Positions 33,287 to 48,011 of a DNA stretch of 64,000 nucleotides are shown one piece after another. The notes beneath the pieces are model-generated. The model did no database searches and was not told the origin of the DNA. It was given only the letters and a program-made list of their open reading frames with translations. Each line of letters starts with the position of its first letter. Position 1 is the first letter of the stretch. Made by a program: the position numbers and the translations under genes. Source of the DNA: Nageia nagi (lineage: Eukaryota > Plantae > Pinophyta); the NCBI GenBank assembly GCA_050084985.1, contig JBITNC010000001.1, forward strand, positions 164,238,001 to 164,302,000. Reading direction: 5' to 3'.

Positions 33287-36003
33287 GGTCGGACTACAAG
33301 GGAGAGAACAACAAGGCTATAAAGCAGGTGCCACCTCATCTCTTTTTACATGGCCCATATTCGTCTAGTGCCTTGAGACCGTTGTACACCTCGGATAAAG
33401 TTGAATGAACACGATCCTTACCAGAAAGTGGATAAAAGAACGGGCAAAAATATGAGGATTGCACCAAAGAGGATGAATATTCCGGCAAATTCAATGAGGA
33501 AGGGGCAACCATGTGACCATGGATTCAGGAATGGCCATTAAGGGAGTTGGTGATTTTGAGATTTAATTTTTTTTATAAAAACAAATGATGAATAGAAACA
33601 TAGACATGATTAAATATAAATTTTGAGTAAATTTGATAGAAAAATATAAATGATGGATATCTTAGTGGTGGGGTAATAGTCTGGTTTTAGTGAGGTCTTA
33701 GGTTTCAATGGTTGGAGTAAGGATGAAGGTCCTTGTAAAATCTTGTAATGTAAGCAATATTAATACAAAAAAAAAAAAGTTTGTGATATATTAAAGGTAC
33801 AAAACTCCTTAGAAGATAATGATCTTTAGAAAAAAGTGTTTATAAGCATATTTTGAAATATATTAAGAGAAGCAAAGATACACGTCATTAGTTATTCTTA
33901 GAAGTTGGAAATAACATTTTTTTTTTTTTAATTATAAGTTTATTTTTTGGTGAGTTCATTTGATCCAAAAGGATCATATATATGTAAAATAAGTATCTTG
34001 GAGTGAATGAGGATTATGAGTGGAGTCTTCATGCTCTCATGTTTGAAGCATTGACTATAGCTCTTGTGGAGTTGCTTACAATTGGAATTTGTCAAATTCA
34101 AAGGGCATAAGTTTTCTAACAGATCTTCAAATGGCATAAATGATACATCGTTGGATAGCTCTTGAAAAAAGCTTTCCAACCATAGGTTACATGATCATAT
34201 ATGGATACAATTCAACCATTTTATGAGCTCTACACTAAATTATAACATGTTGGGATTGTAATTACGTAACTATAATTGTAGCAACATATCATTACATTGT
34301 TAATTATGAATATAGAATGTTGTAACCAAAACAACAATTAAAATGGTTGTAGAAGATTGAAATATGCTTACTGGAGTGACCATAGCACCCTATAGAAGAT
34401 TGTGCATAGATGGAGGTGAACGTAGAAGGGGGAATTATGGTTATAAAGTGGTTTTAGCTAGAAGATGATTGTAGAAGGCTAGATTGTAGCTATTACAATG
34501 ACTATAGAAGATTGTTGTTATTGTTATAGTGATCGTAAAAGATTTTTGCTATTGTTACAGTGATTGTCGAAGGTTGTTGTCACAACCATAGAAGGTTAAT
34601 TGTACTTGTTATAGTGACTGCAAAAGGTTATTAAGATTGTAGTAGTTATTGTAACTTTAATTACTATAGTAACTATAGAAGAATGAAAGACAATATTTGA
34701 AAAGTCTTTTAAAAATTGAAATTTAGCTATAAAATATGAAAAGTTAGTCTTTGAGCGAGATATGAAGCCTAAAAGTCACATTGGCAGGGGATAAGATAAG
34801 GCAATAGTTTTAACTACCCATAAGGACCTAATTAAAGGAACTTGTTGTTGGTGAGGATTTGCAGTTGGAGAGTTAGTTAACCATGTATTCTATGAACTCA
34901 TTATTTTGTATTAAGGACTTGATCTCCTTGCATTATGAAAACTATTTACCATATGTTATTGCACTACGATGAGTTTTGATTCATTATGTAATTTGGAAAA
35001 AATCATAATGTTTATAAGGTATTAGGTGAATGCTTAGACTCTTATGGTCCCTTTGATTATGGCCTTATGATAATCCGGCCAAAATTATTATATAAATAAC
35101 ATTAATTTGGCAAAGTGATTTATATAGCACATAGTGTATTTCTTAAGGATTTTAGGGAAGAACATTTTTATTTCAAATGCTGCCAATGTAATATTATAGG
35201 GATAATTATTTGTAGCACCATTGGAATGTTATTATTTAACATGAACACCAGCCTAATATTTGAGGTGTTAAATTTATCAAAGTATGTTTTATTGCTTAAA
35301 GCATTTTAAACTTAGCTTTGTCAAAGAAGACATGTTGTGAACATGTGCCATGGAAATTAGAGGTATATTCGTAGCAATACAAAATAATGCTATATTTTGT
35401 TAAGACCCCCATTGGCTCGATATCCATTGACCAAGATAAATATTGATTGGTTTCCATGAGAAACATTCAAAAATTTATTTTGATGACTCCATTACGTACA
35501 TGTTGGGTGTTAATTTGGACAAAAGAAGGAATGTTTAATTTGATAATTCATGGGGAAATGTTTCTAAATAATGTTTGCACTGCCAAATTTAAATAAAATA
35601 ATGAAAAATCCAAGCGAGAGTAGGTAGGAAAGAAGAGGTGGTAACATTTGAGTTTCATTTTCCTCTAATGTGAGTTAATGTAGATTAGAATAGTAAGGAA
35701 AACTCACCATGTTCGAGGGCTTGAAGGGCATAATGTAGAAATTTTTAAGTAGAAATGATGAAAAAAATTAAAGATGCTAAGTTTGAGGGTGTTGGTGGCA
35801 CGTTTAAGAGATATTAGGAATCCTTCTAATGCCATACATGTTTTTCATGCAAAAAGAGCTTAAAGAATACAACTTGCATGATATTTGGGGTATTCACTAT
35901 GAAGTAATGCGTAGGAAAGGAAGAGGGATTTAGTTGCAGGGAAATAATAATTGGAAATTATCTAAATAGTTCTATTTCTCACCCTTCTCTTTCTCACATT
36001 ACA

Positions 36004-39000
36004 TGTAGAATTTGAATACAAGTTTCAAAAGTAAGATATTGAGAAGTATTCAACTTTCATTGTTTTGAAAAATGAAATCATTACATATATAGGTTTTGGA
36101 CAAATTTAAAAATAGATTATGCTAAACATAAACTCAAGTTCCTTGATCACACCTTATTACAAATAAATCCATAAAGCAAAATAGAAGTTCTAACTATACC
36201 CTATCATGCTAAACAACAATTGGACGAAACTAGCACCCAAAATAGAAACATCTAATCTAAACTAGAAACTAGCACCCGAAATAGAAACATCTAATCTAAA
36301 CTAGAAGACAAAAAAATAACATCCTGCATATGCTAAAAATATCCCATCAGGCTCTTTTTGTAGGTGCATTGTGCTTGGTAGTGGGGCACATTACACTTGG
36401 AGTAAGGCACATTATGTTTGGAATGAAGCTGTGAAGCGCACTACGCTTGGGGTGAGGCGCAACACATCTAGGATGAGGTGCAGTATATCTAGGGTGAGGC
36501 GCATTACGCATGGGTGAGGTGCACTACACTTGGGAATAAAATGCTAAAAACATAATAATCTCATATTTGGACCTTGAACTGCAAGCTAAGTTTCCTACAT
36601 TCTCCCCCTTGATGCTTTATCCAGGATGTTGCAATAGTTTGGCTTGATGATGTTCTTCTCCACCATATCCCAAATGAAGTGGTACTTCATGTCGAAATGC
36701 TTAGATTTGCTATGGTGGATTGAATTATGTGCTAATTGGATGGTTCTCTAATTATCACAAAACAAAATAGTAGGACATTAAGTTCCTCCAAAACTTTCCA
36801 CAATTATAATACTTGAGCACTAACACTTGTGATCGTAATATACTTTGCCTTTGTATATGAAAGAGAAATAATGATTTGCTTTTTGAACTCCATGAAATGA
36901 GTCTTGAACTAAGGCTAAAACATTGCTTGGATGTGTATTTTCTATCATCCAAGTTACTCCCCCAATCATATTCACTATCTTCAAAGTTCTATCTCATCAT
37001 TCTTGTAGTAGTGTATGCCAAAATCTGATGTTCCTTTGATATAATTCATAATCCTCTTAGTTGCTTTCATGTGCTCTTTAGTAGGATCACTCATGTACCT
37101 TGACACAAGTGAGAAAGCATGGCCAATATCAAGCCTATTACTAGTGAGAAACATCAAGCCCCCAACTAAGCTTCTGTATGCATTCACTTCAATTTTTGAT
37201 GTCCCATCATCCCTACATAATAGATTTCCATGAACTATAGGTGTTGGTATTGGTTTGCATTCATCCATACCATACTTCTTCAACATGTCATGAACATATT
37301 TTGATTAACAAATGAAGATCTTATCATTAGCTTGAGTTACCTCCATGCTAAGGAAGTAGTGCATCAGACCTAAATCCTTCATCTCAAATTATTACATCAT
37401 AGAGGCATTGAAATCATCATTCAATTATGCACAACTATCCATATAGATCAGATCATCCACATACAAACATACAAGTAAGACATCTTGATCTTTCTTCATT
37501 ATGTAGAGAGTGAGCTCACTTTTGTTTCTTGTGAAATCATATTGATGGAAGTAACCATCAATCCTTGCATACTAAGCTCTGAGAGATTGCTTGAGACCAT
37601 ACAAAGCCTTCTTTAACTTTTACATAAGATATTCACTCCCTTTCAACTCAAAGACTTGAGATTGTTGCGCATAGACCTCTTCATACAAGTAGCTATTAAG
37701 GAATGCACTTTTGACATCCATACGATTCACTTGCCAACCTTTATGTGCAGCCAATGAAAGTACCAATATGATTTTCTCTTGCCCTTCTATAGAGGAAAAT
37801 GTTCCTTCATAGTCTATGCCATATCATTGGGTTAATCCCTTAGCCACAAGCCTTGCCTTGCATATTTCAATGCTCCCATCCACATTGTATTTGGTCTTAT
37901 AGACCCATTTGCACCCAACATGCATCTTGACTTTGGGAATCTCCACAAGCTCTCAAGTATCATACTTGTTGATGGAAGTAATATTTTCCTCCATAACCTT
38001 CAACCACAAATCATTAGTGCAAGCTTGATCACAATTAGATGGTTCAATTTCTACACTAGTCAATAATGCATAGTTAACTACATCACCTTTGGGCTCATTA
38101 TCATCCTCATCACCATACATATTCAAAATTTCAAACCTTTTTATAACTTGATCATGTTCACTTTCTTGGCTCCTTATGAATCTCCTTGACAAATTCTGAT
38201 CCAACATTTGATTGGATGGGTGTGCTTGAAGTGTTCTTTTACCTTTGTTTGCTTCTTCTACCTTTGGAGGACTTAGAATGGAAGAGCTTTCTTTGTTGAT
38301 CTAATTGATAGACTACTCTTTAGAGGAGTTATCTCCAATGGATCCATCATCAACAATGAGTTCTTGATGAGCCCACTCTCCCCCTTCATAAAAAATTACA
38401 TCTCCAGATGCAACAACCTTAAATGTTTTTAGATTATACAATCTATATGCATTGGTTTTCTCATAATATCCAAGAAAAATACATGCTTGAATCTTAGGAT
38501 ATAACTTTCGCCTATTCTCATTAGGAATGTGAACATACGCAAGAAAACTAAAAACTCTAAAATGCTTAATGTTAGGGTTTTTCTCATACTATGCCTCATA
38601 AGGTGTGATGTCATCCAAGCTTAAAGTTGGAATCCTATTCAAGATGTATACCATTGTCCTCATTGCATTAGCCCAATATATATTACTTAAATTTTTGCTT
38701 TGTAACATGCTCCTTGCCATCTCCACTATGGCCTTATTCTCCCTCTTCGCTACACCATTTTGTTATGGACTATAGGAAGTTGCGAGTTGCCTCGTTATTC
38801 CATAATATTTGCAAAACTTGAGGAATTCATTGGAGCAAAACTCTCCTCCTCTATTAGTTCTTAAACACTTCACAACACATTCACTTTTCTTTTCCACAGA
38901 GTTTTAAAATCTTTAAAACATTTAAAATTCTGATCCTTGGAATTTAGCAAATAAATCCAACACATCCTTGTTAAATCATCTATGAAAGTAAGGAAGTAGG

Positions 39001-39905
39001 AATTCTTACCAATACTTTGTGTTTGCATAGGGCCAAAAATATTAGAATGCACCAATTGGAGGAGATAAGAAGTTCTCCAATCTTGGCCTCTTGAAAACTT
39101 TATTCATAAGTACTTTCCTAAAGCACACCCTTCACAAACAATCTTCTCTTCTTCAATCTTGGGTAGCCCATGGACCATTTGTTGAGATGTTAACAATCTC
39201 AAACTTGGGTAGCTTAGGTGGCCATATCTCACATGCCAAAGATAATTCTTGTTCTTCATGCTTACATTTACTAGTTGGGTACAATATCCTTTGAATTTGA
39301 GTGGAAATAATCTATTCTTGATCATTAAGACTGTAGTGAACAACTTATGATCATTGTTATTATCATAGATTAAACACTTTTGATCTTCAAATACAAGCTT
39401 ATAGTTCCTCTCCATAATTTATCCCACACATAACAAATTATGTTTGAGATTAGGAGTGTAGTAGATGTTATTTACCTTCTGGGTTCTCACTTTGGTGTTG
39501 ACCTCCATAGTTCCCATGCCTTCTACGATCAATGTATTATCATCTCCAAGCTTTATCTTGGACTTGAAAGAGTTTTCCATGGAAGAAAACAACTCTTATT
39601 TTCTAATAATGTGATTAGAGGCACTAATATCCAAGATCCAAGTTTCATTAAGATTCTAATTAATCTTCCCATAAGATAAAAATAAATTTGAGGTTCCATC
39701 TTCCTCTCCATAATGGGCTACACTTTCTCCTTCTTGGGAACCTTTTCTCTACACTCCCTCTCATAGTGCCCAAATTTGTTACAATAGTAACATTATTTGT
39801 TTTACTTTTCTCCCCCTCCATTTGAGCCACCTCTACCTCTTCCTTGGGAAACTCCTCTCCTTCCTCTTCCTCTTAAAGATCATTGGCCTCTCCCAATATT
39901 CAACC
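36004..39905 (-). mobile_element. 5'-truncated decayed Ty1/copia element with its 3' LTR
   Basis: LTR at 36004-36598 (TGTAG...CTACA) with the PPT complement TTCTCCCCCTT at ~36600. RNase H, RT (CLYVDDLIY), integrase (VHSNIFGPM, FIDDLTR), pre-integrase (WHVRYGHL...CEGCALGK) and gag-knuckle remnants appear in ORFs 36755-39415. Confidence 0.9.
36226..36535. repeat. Tandem repeats inside the Copia LTR: 2 x 39 bp, then about 8 degenerate 21-bp units
   Basis: GAAACTAGCACCCAAAATAGAAACATCTAATCTAAACTA occurs twice, followed by a GTGAGGCGCACTACGCTTGGG-like minisatellite at ~36362-36535. Confidence 0.8.
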
Positions 39906-39909
39906 TAAC

Positions 39910-40240
39910 GAAGGCCAATATTATGAGTGCCCCAATTTGGGTGACACTTCGAAACCTCCCTTTTGAATTTTGGCATTAGAAAGTTTTTGAAGGAGTTACT
40001 GGATCTTCAACAAGTTTATTACAGTTGATAATGTTATAAAATCCCAGACTCGACTTACATAGGCAAGATTCTATATGATGGTAGAATTTGAGCTAAGATT
40101 GCCAAAGATCATAAATATAGAATTAGATTTAGGGGAATGGAAACTTCAAAAGCTTCAATTTGAAAGAAACAACTACATTTATTCAATTTGTAATCAGATT
40201 GGTCATAACAATCATTCATGTCTTGTACAAAATGTATAGC
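39910..40240 (+). mobile_element. LINE ORF1 fragment (DUF4283 + zf-CCHC_4)
   Basis: Translation APIWVTLRNLPFEFWH...ARF...LPKIINIELDLGEWKLQKLQFE...SICNQIGHNNHSC. Confidence 0.8.
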
Positions 40241-41399
40241 ATCCAAAAATATAGAATCAGAATGGTTTGAATGGATATGGCAAAATAAACAAGGATGTGA
40301 TTAACATTGATAATGCACCTATCTCTGATTCAATTTTTGGATCCCTAGATTATGTAACTATAGTTTATGGAAGGATCATCGATGCATCTGATGTGATTTT
40401 GTTAACTATATACAAAATGTAGAAAATAATGATCACACAAAAGGTGTCTTGGAAATACATACACAAAATGATGGTTGGAAATAGGTAAATCCTTAAAAGA
40501 GAAAATAATATATTTATTCAAAATACCATTTTATTTTGATGAAAATCAAAGCCTTGGAGGTAACCATAGAATCACAAGAAGTATCTCAAAAAAGCTTGAT
40601 GTTGCACAAAGGCATGTTGGACGATCGAGTGAAGGAGATATCAAAGAAAAAGAAACTACCAAAGAAGTTGCAAATGAAAAACACTCAACAATAGATGATT
40701 TTGGGAGAGGGTTTCTCCTAAAGCAAAGAAAAAAATAAGGTTTTTGTAGAAGATATTTGATTTCAATGTTATGATTGTGGTAGTTGAATTACTCTTGATT
40801 GAGAAGCTCTCCATTAGTTTATGTATAAAATTGGGTCCAATTGTTGTGGACACCATGTAGGTTATTGTATTTACATCTTGTACTATATAAAATAAATAGT
40901 GGAAAGATGCTACTAACACTGTTATAGATTTTTTGTTATAGGTTTTGGGTACCTATATAAAAAACCCCTTTTAATTTACCAAGTGGCCTTTTTTTTGGTC
41001 TTGATAAAAAAAAGATCATATCATTATTACACACTACAATATTATAGTTGATGAATATTTATTTAATACTTTTTTTCCATCTTGGAAATATGCATGATTT
41101 CTTAGTACTTATGTCACATTTCACATGACATTTCGATATAAATTCTTTGAGAATATGAATCAAGATTCACCAACATCATATATTTTGTAAATAGATCCAA
41201 TATTTCACCATCATTAGCAGACTCAAACTCAAAATTCTTAGATTCCCAAATTTTATTCTTAGATATATATGTTACTTTCTTAAGTTATGGAGAGTCTTAC
41301 TATCTCTTATTCAAATTAGGCAATAAAGGCAATCCATCCATAAGTTTCATGGGTTGAAATAAGGATATCCTTTGACAACAAGGTTATGATGACTTGAAA

Positions 41400-42045
41400 G
41401 GAAGATGACAAATTGTTAAAATTGAAGGGACATATTAAAAATCCAAAAAAATTATGTACCTCACTCAATAAAGTACAATGTACTTAAGCCATCTTTAGAA
41501 TATATGTTTGGGCATCTCAACTACGATAACATTTGTATGTTGAAGAAAAATTGTATTACAAGTTTATCCATGTTTGTAATGGAATTTGGAATAATATGAG
41601 GCTCTCATTCTTGATAGACATCATAAGAAACCCTTTCCATAATCAATTTAGAAAGAAATTAGAAAATTAAAACTCATATAGCTTGGTAAATGGTAATATA
41701 TATAATATAGCTTTCATTTATGAATATATATACCAGGATGACTTGGACATACTTTTTGAAGCATAAGTTGGATACATAAATTTGTGATATTTTTTAATAT
41801 TTATGGATTTAGAATTAAGCATAATCCCACATTGACACTCTTTGTATTGATAATGGAGGATCATATAGTTTAAATAAATTTAAAGCATAACTTCATCGAT
41901 ATGGGATAAACCATCATATGATAATTTTGTATAATAGAAAGTATAATTGTGTATAAAAAAGGATGAGTAGAACTATCATGAATATAGTCCAAGCAATATT
42001 ATTTTACAAAAATATGAAGATAATATTTTGGTCTAATACAATTTT
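41400..42045 (+). mobile_element. Decayed Ty1/copia integrase fragment
   Basis: Translation gives RMTWTYFLKHK, IDNGGSY and RMSRTIMNIVQAILFYKNMKIIFW. Confidence 0.6.
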
Positions 42046-42380
42046 ATCTATCAAATTTTGCTTTCAAAGGTGATTTTAAATCACCCTGATAGGCCTTATA
42101 ATATGGTTTTCCACTTTTTTTCTATGAGGACATCATAAAAAGTTCAAATAATTAATGGCATCTATAAACCCTCATAACAAACCACCATCATAGATGTAAA
42201 ATTACTTTTAAAAATCACTCAAATAGGGCATTTTAGGGCGATTTAAAATTATCATAAAATACCTTTTTAAGGGGGTTTAGAACTACCCTAAAAGTCTATT
42301 TTAAGGGGTTTTAAAACTACCTTAAAATAACCTTAAAGAATATTTTAAAAAATAAAATCATGTTGGTTTTGGGTGGATGG

Positions 42381-42554
42381 TTTATTTTTAGTGCTTCATA
42401 AGTTGGTAATTATTATATCTTACCAAATACATTCTTAATCTTACTTGTTTTCTTTTCATGATGTTATAAAACATCATGAGAAGAATAAATAATAAGATTA
42501 AGAATGTGTTTGATAAGATATAACATTATCAACCTATAGAATATTAAAACTAAA
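42381..42554. repeat. ~175-bp fold-back inverted repeat
   Basis: The left arm TATATCTTACCAAATACATTCTTAATCTTA...TCATGATGTT pairs with the right arm AACATCATGA...TAAGATTAAGAATGTGTTTGATAAGATATA. Confidence 0.85.
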
Positions 42555-42599
42555 TATGAAAAAAACATGTTTTGGAAATGATCACAAGGAAATGCATTA

Positions 42600-45500
42600 A
42601 ACATGTATGGTTTGGAGGCCCTCAAGTGTTTTTAAAAAATACAATTGATTAGTTTTAGACTAGATTCAATAACCTTTACCAGTATTCTTCTTCTATGTGC
42701 AACTTTTGTATCTTTAAAATGGGGCATGGATAAATAACTATATGCAGGTTTCTTTCGCATGTAATTGTGATAACAAGCCTAATAGAAATGTATTCAAAAC
42801 CTGGGACCATTAAGAATGTAAGTATGGAGTTGTTTACTTATTGCTTGTAGAATTCATAACAATTTAGAGTTAGTAAAATAATTTTTAGAGATAAAACCCC
42901 TAAATTTTGTACCTTATGTGTTTTTCTCAAACATTTATACTATGTCTAGTAGGTGGAATAAAATTGAAAACTTATGAAAAATAGAGGCATCCGAAAACTA
43001 CCTAGATGTAGTTGGATTAAGCAAAATTAAATCTATCGCTAAAGGATTTCAATAATCAAATATGGATAATAATTTTTAATATTTAAATATATAAAAATGG
43101 TCTAATTCCACCCAAAAAATTCTTGGTATTTTAATCCATAGATAGTGCAAAATCTACATAAACCTATAAAGAAATTACTACATAGTATTTGGGTATAGAT
43201 AGCCGATACAAACTTAGGCACATGATAATAGAATGATTCTAAATAAAATGACTACAAAAAATTATAAAGGAATGATAAAATTATAAATGAGATTTTCTCT
43301 ACTCTAAAATTGTACAAGATTCCTAAAAAATAGTTCAATACCATAGCTTTGTAGTATTAAAAAATAAGGCTTTCACAAATACCCCATAAATATATGTAGG
43401 AAGTTAAATTCACTTGATAATATTATGTCAACAATCAACAATATTGTCTTTAATAACAATATTTTTTGAAAAAATAAAATGAAACATGGTTTCGTTTTTA
43501 CCTATAAGTATGCACCATACTCGAGGTTCTTCACAACTCTAGTAATGGGTCTAGTGGAGTGTTTAACAACCCAAATGCAATTTCCAACTTCTTGCTATCC
43601 TAAAAGAGACTCAATTATTTATTGTCAAGCTCCATATCATGCAACACTAGTAAATAATTTCAATAATCAAATCTAAACAATGTTTTTTAGTAGTTAGAGA
43701 TACAAAACATGGTCTTATTCCATCCAAAATATTTTTTAGTATTTTTATGCATGTATTGTGCAAAATTTGTATCAACGTGTAAATAAATTTCTACATAGAA
43801 TTTCAGCCTAAAGGGTAAACATATACATAATATAATGGAATGAATTCAAATAAAATGAATGCATAAAATGATAAAGGATAGAGTAAAAGTTTCTCTTCTC
43901 TCTTCTCTCTTCATACTAAAGTACTGGTTACTTGTAATTCCTTCTCTAATATTTATTTTTCATTGAGTATTATTTCATCTTTTCTATTAAGTAATTCCTT
44001 CAAGTATTTCTTCTTTCATCTTTTCTATTATTGCACCTCATTATCCAGCTCTAAACTCTACAAATGTACAAGATTCCTAAAAAATAGTTCAATACCATGA
44101 CTTTGTAGTATTAAAAAATAAGACTTTCAATAATAAACAATATTGTTTATTTGTAAAAATATTTAATAATAACACTTAAAAAAATGAAATCAAATATGGT
44201 TTATTTTTACCTGAAAGCATGCACCATATCATTGGGAAATAATCTTTAGATCTTATAGTATTTTGCATCAACAATAATATCCATAAGAACATTCTCCATA
44301 TTTGAAATGATGGAATTAGTTTGCATCCCTCGCAATAATTTCCCTTGCAATAATCTTGGAGATAAACTTGGTTGCAATATGAAAATCATCACATATTTGA
44401 AGGTTATTCACAACTCTAATAATTATTCCAAGGAGTCTTTACCAACCCAAATGTAATTACAAACTTTTTGCAATGTTGGTAGAGAAGCAATCATTTATTG
44501 TTAGCATGCACATCTTGCAACACAAATACTGTATTTGGAATATACCTCATTGCCTTCATCTCACTTAATAATTTCTCTAATTTTCCATAAACATCCTATG
44601 TTTACAGGTATGATATGTCTCCTACAAGAAAAGAATGTACCTTTTATCAACCTCAAATTTGGAAAATAATTTTTAATAGTTACATATACAAAAGATGGTT
44701 TAATTCCACCCAAACATTTCTTGGTATTTTTATCCATGGATAGTGCAAATCTGCATCAACCTATAAAGAAATTACTACATAAAATTTAGGCTTAGATGAC
44801 CGATGCAAAAATAGGCACAAAATAATAGAATGATTCTAAACAAAATGACTACACAAAATGATAAAGGCAAGAGCAAAGTAAAATTAAGAGTTTCTCCACT
44901 CTACAATTGTATAATATTTTTGAAAAATAGTTCAATACCATGACTTTATAGTATTAAAAAATAAGGCTTTCACAAATACCCCATCAATATATGTAGGTAG
45001 TTAAGTTCACTTAAAAATATGATATTAGTAATTAATAAGATTGTATATTTGTACATATATTTAATAACAGTACTTTTTGAAAAAATGAAACGAAACATGG
45101 TTTCCTTTTACCTATAAGTATGCACCATACTCAAAGGTCCTTCACAACTTTAATAATGGTTCCAGTGGAGTCTTTAACAACCCAAATACAATTACCAATT
45201 TTTTGTTATATTGGTAGAGAATTAATTCTTTATCGTTAGCCTCTACATCATGCAACACAAGTAAAGAACTCCAATAATAAATTTAAATAATAATTTTTAA
45301 TAAGTTATATATATAAAACATGATCTAATTCCACACAAAAACATTCTTGGTATTTTCATCCATTTACTATGCAAAATTTGGATCAACATATAAAGAAATT
45401 ACTACATATAATTTGCATTGAGATGGTTGATACAAACATAGGCATAATATAATATAATGAATCCAAATAAAATGACTGCATTGAATGATAAAGAATAGAG

Positions 45501-46045
45501 AAAGAGTTTCTTTGCTCTCTTCATACCAAAGTACTAGTTACTTGTAATCCCTTATTATTTAAGATTTATTGTTCATTGAGTATTTTCTATTTTTTTCAAG
45601 TATTTCTTCTTCCATTTGCTATTATTGCACCTCCTTCTGTAGCTCTACACTCTACAATTGTACAATATTCCTAAAAAATAGTTCAATACCATGACTTCAT
45701 ACTATTAAAAAATAAGGCTTTCAAAAATACCCCATCAATATAAGTAGGTAGTTACATTCACTTAACAATATAAAGGTCAACAATCAACAACATTGTTTAT
45801 TTTTACATATAATTAATAACAACAATTTTTGAAGAAAGATGAAATGAAATATGATTTATTTCTACTTTAAAGCATGCATCATGTCATTGTGAAAGAATAT
45901 TTAGATCTTATAATACTTTGCATCAACAATAATCTCTATAAGAAAATTCTACATATTTGAAATGATGAAATCAATTTGCATCCCTCACAACAATATCCCT
46001 TGTAATAATATTGGAAATAAAACTTGGTTACATTATGATAGTCAT
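42600..46045 (-). pseudogene. Tandem array of PPR E/DYW C-terminal fragments with duplicated 3' flanks
   Basis: DYW-end translation [48 protein letters not shown] at ~44270-44420, with related copies at ~43520-43660, ~45130-45270 and ~45925-46045. The flank block TAATTCCAC.CAAA...TTCTTGGTATTTT repeats at ~43100, 43715, 44700 and 45325, giving a ~1.6-kb higher-order period. Confidence 0.8.
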
Positions 46046-48011
46046 TGTTATAATCAAAATAATAATTTATTAGGGTTATTTAATAAACAAATAATAATAA
46101 AAGAATAGAAACATGAAAGATAAGAATGATCCCAAATGACCTAATTGACCTTTACCTATCAAAATTGGATTAACAAAAATATACAAACCTATGTTTTACT
46201 TGTTATAATGATTAGAGGTGAAATTTGATTCAAATATGATTGATGAAATACCTATATGCAAAATGGAGCCATTGAACCATCCTCAACAATGATATCACTA
46301 GGGATCCAACAACATCACCCAAATATCTTTCGAGAATGCCTCACAGTTTTCTTCATTATAATTGACACTCCTACTATGCTCAAAATATTGCATAGAATTA
46401 GATTAGAAATATCACATAATTACATAAATTAGAGTATAACAAAATCATAATATGATAGGTGGCATCAAGAGAAACTAGTCAAAAGGACCAAATTATGTTA
46501 CCACCTATCAAGGATTCTAGATCATGTCATGATTTCCCATGGAAAACCCTTCAACCTTTATAAATAGTAGGCCTAGTAACAAGGATCCTCCTTGGGATTA
46601 TGGTGTACATAGTCCAACAATCCTTCTTGGGCTTATCTTTGGACTGACTTGTTATCATAAAACATAAAGGTATATGAGTGTACATAATGAAAAGAGCATT
46701 AAATTGAATTTTTTTTAGGTGTTAACTAATACCCCACTTTGAATATGATTTGATACTTTTGGAACAAAATAAAATCAAAATATAAATTTAAAATATAACA
46801 CTATTAAGAAATAAAATACTCCCTAAAAAATATCTTCACGATGACAACTTTGGATGCCCCAATTTTCATCAATATTATGCCCCCTCTTTGACTTAGTTGT
46901 GACATGATGAACTACTCAACATAGAAGCAACCCAAGATAAAGATAAATGAATATATAATCCACTAAAATAAGAAATATTTTTCATAATATATCTCAAATA
47001 TAGATATTAAATATCATATCACATGCATGTCATGAAAGAACAAGATACCAAACCTATGCTTGGTGCTTACCCACCAAGCGTGTATGAAGAGATTGCCTCC
47101 AATTAAGAAGCACTTTATGCCTCAACTTAATGATGAGGGATTCCCAATCACCATCAATTATAAAGACTTAGAGTATAGCATAATGTTTATCATGACCCTC
47201 ATAATACACCAATTTGCTATAAATTATGATCCTTTCCAAAATTTTCATCATCAAGTGTCATAATATGCAAGTGGTGAGTAATGGAATGCTCATCATTACT
47301 CCCCATAAAATATCAATTTACCAAATACTATGATCCTTTATGAAATACTCATTAATACTCCCCACAAAGTTTCTATTTTATGGGTAACAAAATGCTCATA
47401 ATCACCCCTATCATTAATAGCAATATACTTAATTTATGGGTAACTAATAGGAAATGGGATTATCATCATAGCACATATCAATCTTTTTGACAAGGGATAT
47501 TATTAGTGTGCGAATATTGATTGAAATATACTTATTTATTCATCAACAAAGAACATGATCCCTATTTTAGAGGCTTTGTTAATTGAAAGCTAAAAATTTA
47601 CTATAACCTAAGCAGTGCCACCCAGGTTTCCTTAACAAAGTATAGAAACTGTAAACCCTAAAGGTCTATCTTTGAAAAAATTTCTAAAAATCTATCTTAT
47701 CTTCATCATATATGTATTTTTTCATAAAATTTTATGATCATTTTAGTAAATTTGGAGCCAAATTGCCCCAATTACCATTTTTCTAAAAATTGAATGCATC
47801 TCATCAATCAACTTCTCATTTTTATTTAAAAAATCTAAAAATGGGTAAGACTCCTTGGGCTTATCTCTAGACTGACTTGTTATCATAAAACACAAAATGT
47901 ATATGAATGTGCATAATGAAAAGAGAATTAAATAACTTAAATAAATAAATTACTTAAAATACCTAAAAGGTGTATTTTAATTAAATTAAAATTCCTTTTT
48001 AGGTGTTAAAG
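46046..48011. mobile_element. Deleted LTR-retrotransposon derivative inserted in the DYW domain
   Basis: 5-bp TSD GTCAT (46041-45 / 48012-16); the insert starts TGTTATAA. Bases 47850-48010 repeat ~46625-46725. Removing the insert restores NL*VYDDYHNVTK (NLRVCxDCH motif). Confidence 0.7.

Noticed and set aside
34260-34680. Degenerate GTGACTGTAGAAGG-like repeats
   Set aside because: They are too decayed to define a unit or termini and are probably an old TE subterminal array.
41032-41039. CACTACAA as the left end of the putative CACTA element
   Set aside because: It is 1 kb from the subterminal repeats, with Copia sequence in between, and has no match to the right end beyond CACTA.
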